From positions 67,628 to 131,627 of the forward strand of contig DJMA01000028.1 of the NCBI GenBank assembly GCA_002436415.1: 64,000 nt of DNA, read 5' to 3'. The notes beneath the pieces are model-generated. The model worked only from the letters and a program-made list of their open reading frames with translations. It was not told the origin of the DNA and made no database searches. This DNA is from Bdellovibrionaceae bacterium UBA6502. GTDB lineage: Bacteria; Bdellovibrionota; Bdellovibrionia; Bdellovibrionales; UBA840. A program made the translations under genes and the position numbers. Below, one piece after another: positions 38,774 through 47,058 of the stretch (positions are counted from its first letter, which is position 1; each line of letters begins with the position of its first letter).

Positions 38774-39512
38774 GAAGTTTTCGGTTTACTTGATAATTTT
38801 CCGGTTGATAATAAGTAGGCGGGTTTTCATTTTCAAAATAAAATTTACCGCCCGCTTCCGTCAATATTACCGCAGGTGCACAAATATCCCATAGCCCAAT
38901 TAAGTTTCGAAAATTCGCATACACATGAGCCTTGCCAGTGGCAATTTGAATTACTTTTAAGCCGAATGATCCCATTTCGGTAAGCTTTGAGATTTTGATT
39001 CTTTCTAAATAATCTAATTCAGCCTGGTCTCTATTACTGAACGAAGCTAAGCCCACACTCTCTTGGATCTCAAAATCAGTACTAAGAAGAAGTTTTTCTT
39101 CTTTCCTTGTGTTAAAATCAAAAACAATAGATCCTTCGCCTTTTTCAGCATAATAGAGTTTATTTTGAGAAGCATGAAATACAAATCCCAAAAGAACTTC
39201 ATTTTTTTGACTTAATCCAATTTGTACAGCCCACTGACCATTTTGTTTGATAAACTCTTTGGTTCCATCTATAGGATCAACATACCAGGTAAACTCGGAC
39301 TCTTTTAAATCCTGCTCTTCTTCCCCTACTATATTATGCTGAGGAAAGTTTTTTCGTAAAAAATGATTTATCACTCGATTAAGCTCTTCATCATAACGAG
39401 TGACTGGTGAACCATCCGCTTTGTCATGAGCATGCATTTTACTAAGATCCCAAGACTGAATCCTAGTTTGTAATACCTTTGCAAAATCTATGAATAGTTC
39501 TTTGTATTTCAC
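38727..39512 (-). CDS. Inositol monophosphatase / CysQ-family phosphatase
   Basis: Metal-site motifs GEEE, WYVDPIDGTKEF and WDICA, typical of the IMPase/CysQ superfamily. Confidence 0.8.
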   Translation of the reverse strand: MKYKELFIDFAKVLQTRIQSWDLSKMHAHDKADGSPVTRYDEELNRVINHFLRKNFPQHNIVGEEEQDLKESEFTWYVDPIDGTKEFIKQNGQWAVQIGLSQKNEVLLGFVFHASQNKLYYAEKGEGSIVFDFNTRKEEKLLLSTDFEIQESVGLASFSNRDQAELDYLERIKISKLTEMGSFGLKVIQIATGKAHVYANFRNLIGLWDICAPAVILTEAGGKFYFENENPPTYYQPENYQVNRKLLAYHPAMEDKILRDI

Positions 39513-39853
39513 TGATCCCCCGGAAATGCTTTCTAAGGTATAGCAAAACTATATTTCATTTGCAAAGTGATTCCACCAAGCCAAACTCGTTGGCTCGCAT
39601 TAAAAAGAAAGCACAAATAAATCCAATAACAGGCAAACAATCTGTCTTAACTTTGCTAAATATTTTTGAATTGACCACATTATAAACACATTGAAATAGC
39701 TCAGCTATATTGCAGTGACACAAATGCCAACGGCTTTAAAACTGAATCATAGCACTAATTAAAAAATCTAGCTTTTTAAAAGTAAGATTAGCTAATCGCA
39801 AAACGAATCAGCTAATCACGAAGCGAGAAAAAGTAATGAAATCACTTAATAGA

Positions 39854-40525
39854 CTATCGAACTTCAGTAGCTGGAAAAACCTCATCCAATGAGCCTAACC
39901 AACTTGGAAGACTTGAGTCTGTACCTAAGGCGCTTAATCCTTCATAAACCTTGCGCACTCTTAATTTTACTGCATTTCGAAACTCATGAATTTTACCCAA
40001 ATATTTAGATTCACATTCTAAACCAGACCAGTAATGTTTTGTATTATAGGCTAAAAACTCCATCCCCACTTCTAAACCAGATTCGCTTCCCGCATCTACC
40101 AATAACAATTCCTCCTCGTCCTTGTTGATCTTATCCACAACCAGCATAGAAAAAGAATTGTCTAAGTTTTCTTCCAATCGTTCCAAAGCCAACTTACTTG
40201 CTTTTTTTGTTACCATGGCAATGGGAGTTTTACTAAAGTAGTAATAAGAGTTATTCACCCAGTTTAAAAAATCAAGGTCTCCGGCAATCCTTCTTTTTGT
40301 TTCTTTTCCTGAAGCAGAAGCAGTTGCCAAAATTTCAAAACGATTGGCATCGATGGCATTTAATTGTAAATCGATAGAGCTTGATTTCATTTTTATGTTC
40401 GCATTGGCAAGCTTATAGTCAGAGAAACCTAAGTCAAAACGAAAACCAAAATGCAATCCCATTTGGCTTTGGATGTCGAAGGCTAAAATATTGCCATCAA
40501 CAAAATACTTTGGTCCACCAATCAA
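39854..40525 (-). CDS. Hypothetical protein (223 aa from a TTG start)
   Basis: The ORF is open from 40600 but has no ATG/GTG before TTG 40525. No signal peptide from that start. Last gene of a three-gene same-strand cluster. Confidence 0.45.
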   Translation of the reverse strand: MIGGPKYFVDGNILAFDIQSQMGLHFGFRFDLGFSDYKLANANIKMKSSSIDLQLNAIDANRFEILATASASGKETKRRIAGDLDFLNWVNNSYYYFSKTPIAMVTKKASKLALERLEENLDNSFSMLVVDKINKDEEELLLVDAGSESGLEVGMEFLAYNTKHYWSGLECESKYLGKIHEFRNAVKLRVRKVYEGLSALGTDSSLPSWLGSLDEVFPATEVR

Positions 40526-40595
40526 ACAAGATCGAGTCTCAGTCCGAAGGCAATTGTAGCGAAGACGATGACCTAGATGAGGATCCTTTTTATAA

Positions 40596-41690
40596 CTAGT
40601 CTAGTGTGAAGCTTTGATCCGCACGATATTGAACTTGATCATCTAACTGGGTGATTAATTCAAACTTAGAATCCTTTAGTGACCAAAGTTTTAAATCTCC
40701 ATTTTTATGAAGACTTATGACTCTAGAGTCACTTACTACGTACAGTTTTAATATCCTATCTTTCCCATAAAAACCCGCTTCTGTTGAGTAGCCTGTAGTA
40801 AGATAGCTATTCAACTCATTGTTCTTTGAATTTACAAACAAGAACTGAATTTGCTTAGAGCTAAAAAGTGTGAAATTTCGAGGCGAAAGAAACTGAAAGT
40901 CAAGGGGGTCCATAGGATTTTGGGGCTTCAAGCCTTGAAGAAGAATTGGCTTTGCCTTTGTGTTTTGCCAAAAATAAATTCGATTATCTTGATGGGAGCT
41001 GATAAATTGCTTTCCATCAAAAGATCTTAGCTTTAACAATCCACTTGGTAACTTCATGATAGATTCTCTGTCAATCTGCCATTGACCATCGCGGTAAACA
41101 GCTCTTGAAACTACAGACTCTGAGGAAGCGATCACGATGATATTGTGTTTTACCCAATACACTCGAATTTCCTTAGCATTTTCATAAGCTGTGTGTTTTA
41201 GACTCAGAGTATGGGTCCTTTTTTCATCTTTTTCGTTTTGGGCTACTTTAAAACTAAGATTAAAATTTTTAGAATCAAAACTTGCCGCTATTAATTGAGA
41301 ATTTGCGCCTTTGCTAGTTCTGTAAGAATCGGATACTTTTTTCTCCGACAAATTAGAAAATACAAGATCGGGCATTTGCAAATCCTTGGCAAGCACCCCT
41401 CTTTTTTGTAGGCTTCTATGCAACAACAACTGTCTCAAACTAACAGATGCGCGGTCTATGCTTTTCATGTCGTAGTGATTAGACAGTAAATTCATTAAAT
41501 GATTATCAAAGGCTTTTTGATTGCTTTCACTCCTAAGAGAACTTGAATACATTTTTTCAAGAAGTTTGAAGTTGTGGACTCCGATGCGATAAGCCACTTC
41601 ATGAGTGCTTATATAGCAATTCCCAACAGATGCATCAGCAAACTGAAAGGACAAGAAACTAAAAATAATCAAACATAGATTTTTAAGCAT
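40596..41690 (-). CDS. Exported hypothetical protein (364 aa), possibly beta-propeller-like
   Basis: Signal peptide MLKNLCLIIFSFLSFQFADA. Recurrent short beta motifs ending in W (IYFWQN, LKLWSL). Its ATG overlaps the upstream stop by 1 nt. Confidence 0.55.
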   Translation of the reverse strand: MLKNLCLIIFSFLSFQFADASVGNCYISTHEVAYRIGVHNFKLLEKMYSSSLRSESNQKAFDNHLMNLLSNHYDMKSIDRASVSLRQLLLHRSLQKRGVLAKDLQMPDLVFSNLSEKKVSDSYRTSKGANSQLIAASFDSKNFNLSFKVAQNEKDEKRTHTLSLKHTAYENAKEIRVYWVKHNIIVIASSESVVSRAVYRDGQWQIDRESIMKLPSGLLKLRSFDGKQFISSHQDNRIYFWQNTKAKPILLQGLKPQNPMDPLDFQFLSPRNFTLFSSKQIQFLFVNSKNNELNSYLTTGYSTEAGFYGKDRILKLYVVSDSRVISLHKNGDLKLWSLKDSKFELITQLDDQVQYRADQSFTLD

Positions 41691-42610
41691 TAAATATCTT
41701 CATCCAATCTTCGAAAACGCTCCAAAAGTTTATAGGCTTCTTGAAAGCTCAGCTCAGAATTAAGAACACGATCTACAAGCTTTGAAGAAAACAAATAGCT
41801 TATAGATTCGATATTAAACTGGGTATGAATGAGAAGCTGATATTCAATGGCATTTTTGTAACTTTCCATAAATTGAAAGTCTTGCTCCGAAGTGATTTTC
41901 AACAAGTTCCATTTTGCTAACTGTCTTTCAAAACCCTTTTTCTCCACACGGTTGAGATAACGCATCTCTAGGAAACTAGAAAGATTAACCACATAAGAAG
42001 ATAAGCTCTCTAAGTGCTCTAACTCTTCTAGGTAGAAGTCTTCCCGACTTTCTCTTCCCGTTAGCAAAGCTTCAATTTCAAGAAGTGGATTTAATTCTTC
42101 TGATTCAATCTTTTTCACAAGTTCGTCTAGCATCGCCAATCGATACTCTAGACCTAAAGCAAACTTTTCAGCCAAAAGATCAAATATGTATTTCGTTAAA
42201 TTAGGGTCTTTATATTTTTTCCCGATCTTAATCCAAAGCTCTAGACTCCTCCTGTCTTTCACGAACTCAGGAGCTCTTTCAAGCCAGTTTATCCAATTCA
42301 TTGCAATGGCCTTACCGGATCTATCTGTACTTTTAAAGTAGTTATAGGTATCTACCAAATCTGAAGATCCTAATCTTTTTTCAAGCTGATATTGAACTCT
42401 TTCAAACTCAGATAGACTAGTTCGAATGTGATTCGAACGCACTAAATCAGGGCTATTTTCGTTTGAATAATTTTTTGCCTCCAAGATTTTTCCAATACCC
42501 ATCTTCATGCTTGCATCAAGACTAGCTGAATCGATACAAGAAGCATTACCTGCAAAAACCAATGGACCAAAAGAAAATATAACCAAAACAACTGCAACAT
42601 TCAAAAACAC
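41690..42610 (-). CDS. Exported helical hypothetical protein (306 aa)
   Basis: Signal peptide MFLNVAVVLVIFSFGPLVFA. Helix-rich Glu/Leu/Lys composition. First gene of the cluster. Confidence 0.55.
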   Translation of the reverse strand: MFLNVAVVLVIFSFGPLVFAGNASCIDSASLDASMKMGIGKILEAKNYSNENSPDLVRSNHIRTSLSEFERVQYQLEKRLGSSDLVDTYNYFKSTDRSGKAIAMNWINWLERAPEFVKDRRSLELWIKIGKKYKDPNLTKYIFDLLAEKFALGLEYRLAMLDELVKKIESEELNPLLEIEALLTGRESREDFYLEELEHLESLSSYVVNLSSFLEMRYLNRVEKKGFERQLAKWNLLKITSEQDFQFMESYKNAIEYQLLIHTQFNIESISYLFSSKLVDRVLNSELSFQEAYKLLERFRRLDEDI

Positions 42611-42905
42611 GAACTCATCCTCTTTTACTATTTATTTTATTGATAGATTTGATTTTACTAAATAATCTGTAGAAAGAATATTTTTTGAGATGAGTTTTAT
42701 TTGCCTTTGAAATACTTGCAGAGCTGTCAAAAAACTAGTCTCTTATTTAAAGCAAAATCAAAGAATCATCTTCGTAAATCCCCTTAAAAGAATTCACCCC
42801 TTGAAATAATAAATTTAGACGATTGAGCTAATAACAATAGCCCCGCCCAATCATAAAAATTAAAACTAATCCTTACCGAAAAGTCTTTAGAATTACTTCC
42901 ATTGA

Positions 42906-42942
42906 TTTATTTTTATCAATAATTCTTATTGATAAAAATAAA
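42906..42942. promoter_or_regulatory. Perfect 17-bp-arm inverted repeat (candidate operator)
   Basis: tttatttttatcaataa-ttc-ttattgataaaaataaa. Every position pairs. It lies in the 498-bp divergent intergenic region between the exported-protein cluster and the halogenase-family gene. Confidence 0.5.
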
Positions 42943-43028
42943 ATTAGAACTTCGCTTATGCGCTTCCGCCTTGACATTACCTACTCTGCCTAAGCTTTGT
43001 AAATTAAAGCCAATTAAAAACCAAATCG

Positions 43029-43047
43029 CTGTAAACTCTGTTTACAG
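43029..43047. promoter_or_regulatory. 8-bp-arm inverted repeat ctgtaaac-tct-gtttacag (candidate operator)
   Basis: Perfect arms, about 60-70 nt upstream of the halogenase-family start codons. Confidence 0.35.
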
Positions 43048-43108
43048 ATCAAATTTACAATGAATCTAGCTTATATCATTAACTTAAGGCATAGTTGCCC
43101 TGAATAAC

Positions 43109-44743
43109 TTGAAGCAAATGAGTGAACAAAGAGTAAATATGGATTTAAACCAACTAATCGATGAATGTTTTGACCTAAGCTTCTTAGGAACTGAAAACTT
43201 CGCAAGAACCGACTACAAATCAATTCTCTTACTCGGTGGTGGTACGGCTGGCTATTTGAGTGCCTTGGCACTTAAAAAAACTCATCCCTACTTAGACATT
43301 AAAATCGTTGAGTCCTCAAAAATTCCAGTCATTGGCGTTGGAGAATCCACAACTACAGAAATCATTCCCTTCTTGCACCACTTTTTAGGAATTGATCCTG
43401 TCGATTTTTTTCAAGAGGTAAAACCCACTTTTAAATTGGGAATTCAATTTGATTGGGGTAAGAAAAATGAAAGGCCTTTTCATTTTAATTTTTTTGCGGG
43501 TCATCTTTTTGAAAACCTTCACTACAAAAATCACACCGGAAGCTTTAATTGGCCAGCCCAATTAATGTATGACAAAAAGTTTCCCGTGATAAGCACTGGA
43601 GACGGTGGTTTTTATTCTCTCTTGAACTCCATTCCTTTTGCCTATCACCTTGAAAACCGAAGTTTAATTACTTATTTAAAAAAGAAGATCATAGAAAACG
43701 ACATAGCCATCATTGACGAAGAAATCACAAGTATAGAACGAGATAGCGAAGGCAATCTATTAAGTCTAATCACAAACTCAATGGAAAAACTTGAGGCTGA
43801 CTTTTTTATTGATTGTTCAGGCTTTCGCTCCAAGCTTTTGGGGGATGAATTACAAGAAGACTTTATTAGTTACGAAGACAGTTTATTTTGTGACAAAGCA
43901 ATCACTTTTAATCTTAGCAATAATATGGATCCTGCTCCCTATACCGAAGCCATAACAATGAACTGTGGATGGTGCTGGAGAATTCCTCTTAGAAACGAGG
44001 ATCATCTTGGCTATGTGTTTTCGTCGAAATACCTTAGTGAAGAAGATGCCATCGAGGAAATTAAAAATAAATTTAATCCAAATTCTGAACAAAACTTTAA
44101 AGTAATTCCTTTTAAAACAGGTCGTCATAAAAGAGCTCTGGTAAATAATATGATGGCCATTGGTAACAGTTACGCTTTCATAGAACCCCTTGAATCTACT
44201 GCGATTCAAACACTTGTTCAGAGCATTATGATTCTTTGTCGACTGTTTCCTAAAAACAACAATGATCAAATATCAAAGGATGCGATTAATAAAGAAATTT
44301 CCGAAAACTGGGATTCTTTTAAAGCCTTCCTTGCGGTTCATTATAAATTTAATGAAAAACTTGATACTCAATTTTGGCAAGAGGTTCGACAAAGTGTTTC
44401 ACTCGACAGAGCTGAAAGTATAATTTCTCTCTACCATCAGAAAGCCCCTTTGTCTTATACCCATTTCGGCAATAACCATGGCTATACAGCCTTAGAAAGC
44501 CTAGTGTTTAATAGCTACAGCTACGATAGCTTACTAATGGGACAAGGACTTCTACCAAATTCTCAGCCCAAACCAAGGTTCTCCAAAGAAGAGCTGGAAA
44601 CAAGATTAGAGTCCTACAAAAAAATGAGTGAAATTGCATTCTCTCAAAAGGAGCTTTTTGAAAACCAGGAGCTATTTATAGAAGGAATATGGCAAGAGCT
44701 TTTCGCTAATCCTGATAGCTGGATAAACGAAACAAATGTTTAG
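43109..44743 (+). CDS. Flavin-dependent tryptophan-halogenase-family protein
   Basis: GGGTAGY dinucleotide motif, GVGESTT, FKLGIQF (position of the catalytic Lys) and the family WxWxIP motif as GWCWRIPL. The start is ambiguous (TTG 43109, ATG 43118 or 43139). Confidence 0.8.
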   Translation: MKQMSEQRVNMDLNQLIDECFDLSFLGTENFARTDYKSILLLGGGTAGYLSALALKKTHPYLDIKIVESSKIPVIGVGESTTTEIIPFLHHFLGIDPVDFFQEVKPTFKLGIQFDWGKKNERPFHFNFFAGHLFENLHYKNHTGSFNWPAQLMYDKKFPVISTGDGGFYSLLNSIPFAYHLENRSLITYLKKKIIENDIAIIDEEITSIERDSEGNLLSLITNSMEKLEADFFIDCSGFRSKLLGDELQEDFISYEDSLFCDKAITFNLSNNMDPAPYTEAITMNCGWCWRIPLRNEDHLGYVFSSKYLSEEDAIEEIKNKFNPNSEQNFKVIPFKTGRHKRALVNNMMAIGNSYAFIEPLESTAIQTLVQSIMILCRLFPKNNNDQISKDAINKEISENWDSFKAFLAVHYKFNEKLDTQFWQEVRQSVSLDRAESIISLYHQKAPLSYTHFGNNHGYTALESLVFNSYSYDSLLMGQGLLPNSQPKPRFSKEELETRLESYKKMSEIAFSQKELFENQELFIEGIWQELFANPDSWINETNV

Positions 44744-45432
44744 CTCTTTAGTTTTGATTTTAATTTCTTTTTAAGCTTGCGTCGGTTTCTTTTAATAAAT
44801 TGTTGGGCTTCATAAAATCGCAATCGAGATAAATTACGTTTTTTAGAAATGAAGTTAGATTCTTTCTTACGAAAGTAATGAGTATCCTCTACTCTACGAA
44901 GACTGGAAATCGCATAATCTGATTTCAATAGCTCCCAGGTGAACTGTTTCACACCTTGCCATTTGTAATCATGCATTGCTATCCAAGCCCCTTCTTTTAG
45001 CTTAGGGAAGTACAATTCAAAATCTGACTTTACATCTTTGTAGTCATGGGAACCATCAATCCAAAGCATATCAATTGCCTCTGGCACCTCATGAATGGCC
45101 TCCACGGATTTTTTACGAAGCACAGAAACTTTAGAAGCATCACAATGAGCATTAATGTTTTTCAAAAAGTCCTCATAGGTATCCACTTCACCAAATTCTT
45201 CCTCATGTTCATGACTTCCGGTGAATGGATCTATGGCGAATACTGTGGCGTCAGGTCGACTTAATTGTAATAAAACCGTTGATTTCCCCTTCCATGAGCC
45301 AATCTCTACAATTACAGGCCTAGAAGGTAGTCGCTTACTTAAACGAAACAGTAAAGAAACAACGGGTGGATTAAGCCACCCGTCAATGAAACCTACTATT
45401 TTTTGAATTTGGTAAAAACGAAAAGAACTCAC
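44740..45432 (-). CDS. Class I SAM-dependent methyltransferase (Methyltransf_24-like)
   Basis: Motif I VEIGSWKGKST, AIDPF, WIDGSHDY. Very basic C-terminal tail (KRNRRKLKKKLKSKLKS). Confidence 0.7.
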   Translation of the reverse strand: MSSFRFYQIQKIVGFIDGWLNPPVVSLLFRLSKRLPSRPVIVEIGSWKGKSTVLLQLSRPDATVFAIDPFTGSHEHEEEFGEVDTYEDFLKNINAHCDASKVSVLRKKSVEAIHEVPEAIDMLWIDGSHDYKDVKSDFELYFPKLKEGAWIAMHDYKWQGVKQFTWELLKSDYAISSLRRVEDTHYFRKKESNFISKKRNLSRLRFYEAQQFIKRNRRKLKKKLKSKLKS

Positions 45433-45938
45433 ACTTCTCTACGAAAATAAGCATCAAGACGAAGCTTCATTTGATGAATTTCACTTTGAATTTCTTGCCC
45501 AATCACCCTGCAATCATCAATGGCTTTTTTTGAGCCTTTCAGCATTTTATTAAATCGCAAATCTTCCTTACGCTTTCTCATAAATTTACGGGCACCTTCA
45601 ATAGAAAATCTCTCTACATGAAGTAGGTGCTGAATCATTAAAGCTAATTCAATGTTTTTGCGAGTATACATTCTTTGGTTGTTTTGACCTTTGCTGGGAC
45701 GCAACTCTTCGAACTCAGTCTCCCAATACCTTAAAACGTATTGTTTTACACCAACGAGCTCGGCCACTTCGCCAATCTTAAAGGCTAACTTATTAGGAAT
45801 ACTATTCCATTTTTGAATAAAGGCGTCTTGACGAAAAAAATCAGGGATATCTTTCGGATCGGTGGAATTAATCCCGCCTGTTGCGCCTATTTTTGATAGT
45901 CGTTCCGCTTCTTTAAGAAGCTGTTTTGAAGAATTCAT
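45429..45938 (-). CDS. MerR-family transcriptional regulator
   Basis: HTH FKIGEVAELVGVKQYVLRYWETEFEEL. The position downstream of ihfA matches the conserved pheST-ihfA-merR arrangement. Confidence 0.85.
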   Translation of the reverse strand: MNSSKQLLKEAERLSKIGATGGINSTDPKDIPDFFRQDAFIQKWNSIPNKLAFKIGEVAELVGVKQYVLRYWETEFEELRPSKGQNNQRMYTRKNIELALMIQHLLHVERFSIEGARKFMRKRKEDLRFNKMLKGSKKAIDDCRVIGQEIQSEIHQMKLRLDAYFRREV

Positions 45939-45998
45939 AGTCTCTCGTCACTTTTTGAAAAGTCTTAGTTGTTAATTTGGATCAGAGATTTAATATTC

Positions 45999-46334
45999 TT
46001 AATCTTCGTCTTTTAAACCAGTGATATCTTCACCATTAAGCATAGCTTTTAAAACTTGGCTTGGACGGAAAGTTAAAACTCGTCTCGCAGAAATTTCAAT
46101 TTGCTGACCAGTTTGCGGGTTACGTCCTTTTCTCGGCTCTTTCTCTCTAACTAGAAAGTTACCAAAACCAGAAATTTTGACCTTATCACCACGCTTTAAA
46201 GTGTCCTTTAAAGTGCCAAAACAAAGTTCTACAAGTTCACTAGCTTCCTTCTTGGAAAACCCAATGCGCTCATAAACTTTCTCTACGATATCTGCTTTGG
46301 TTACTGTCGAATTACTAAGGTTTTTTCCCGCCAT
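45999..46334 (-). CDS. ihfA: Integration host factor subunit alpha
   Basis: VTKADIVEKVYE...ISGFGNF.VREKEPRKGRNPQTGQQIEISARRVLTFRPSQ is collinear with E. coli IhfA. Context is downstream of pheT. Confidence 0.85.
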   Translation of the reverse strand: MAGKNLSNSTVTKADIVEKVYERIGFSKKEASELVELCFGTLKDTLKRGDKVKISGFGNFLVREKEPRKGRNPQTGQQIEISARRVLTFRPSQVLKAMLNGEDITGLKDED

Positions 46335-46613
46335 AGCTTTTATCCTTCCATGCTGCTACCTGCAAAGTTTCACTAAGTAAAGCCTAGCAAGTACCTGAAA
46401 ACTTTCAAGTTTTTTATATAGCCCTCAATAAAAACTGCTTATTTAGGCTAGTTTTTTGGCAATTCATCTTATTTTCTAGTCTTTTGCCGAGGGCATTGAC
46501 CTAAATTCCTAAAATCTCACGAGTATTTAAAATTGACTTGAAATTAGCCTAAGTTTGCAGTGCTTCTGACAAAAGTAAAAACCTAGGAAGTATTTTTGTA
46601 TCAGCTTTTGAAA

Positions 46614-46660
46614 ATACTCTCTTAGCTTAACTTCCAATATTTTCAAAAGCACTAAGGCAC
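46614..46660. promoter_or_regulatory. 13-bp-arm inverted repeat (gcttttgaaaata ... tattttcaaaagc)
   Basis: Perfect arms separated by 21 nt, about 55 nt upstream of the ATG at 46717. Confidence 0.3.
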
Positions 46661-46716
46661 TAGGAAAAACTCTTTTTAAAGCTTATAGCTAAGCTAGCAA
46701 AAACTAAGGAGATTTA

Positions 46717-47013
46717 ATGAGTAAGATTCTATTTACAGCCATTTTAAGCCTCAGCCAGTTCAGCTTTGCCTTTCAAACACCAATGCAAACTAGCGCTAAG
46801 ATAAACACAATGCTGATCGAGACTTTAAAATCAGATAGTTCGCTGTCATTTTATAGTATTTCAAAAATTAGCATCCATGACGATATGCTTAAAGTAGAAC
46901 TTCTTGATACCCAAGGAAATTGCAAAGCTCTTCCCTACGAATTAAAAAGAAACGAATTAGGCGCTACAAGCATTAAATTGATGATCGATGCCATAGCGAT
47001 ATGTGATCAATAA
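46717..47013 (+). CDS. Small exported hypothetical protein (98 aa)
   Basis: AAGGAG RBS. Signal peptide MSKILFTAILSLSQFSFA. Two Cys in the mature part. Confidence 0.55.
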   Translation: MSKILFTAILSLSQFSFAFQTPMQTSAKINTMLIETLKSDSSLSFYSISKISIHDDMLKVELLDTQGNCKALPYELKRNELGATSIKLMIDAIAICDQ

Positions 47014-47046
47014 AAAAAGGCTGAGGGTGTTTTCCTTAGCCTTTTT
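47011..47046. terminator. Bidirectional terminator (small gene / pheT)
   Basis: A7 - ggctgagg/ccttagcc hairpin (one G-U pair) - T6. Confidence 0.8.
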
Positions 47047-47058
47047 TATGAGTAAGTT

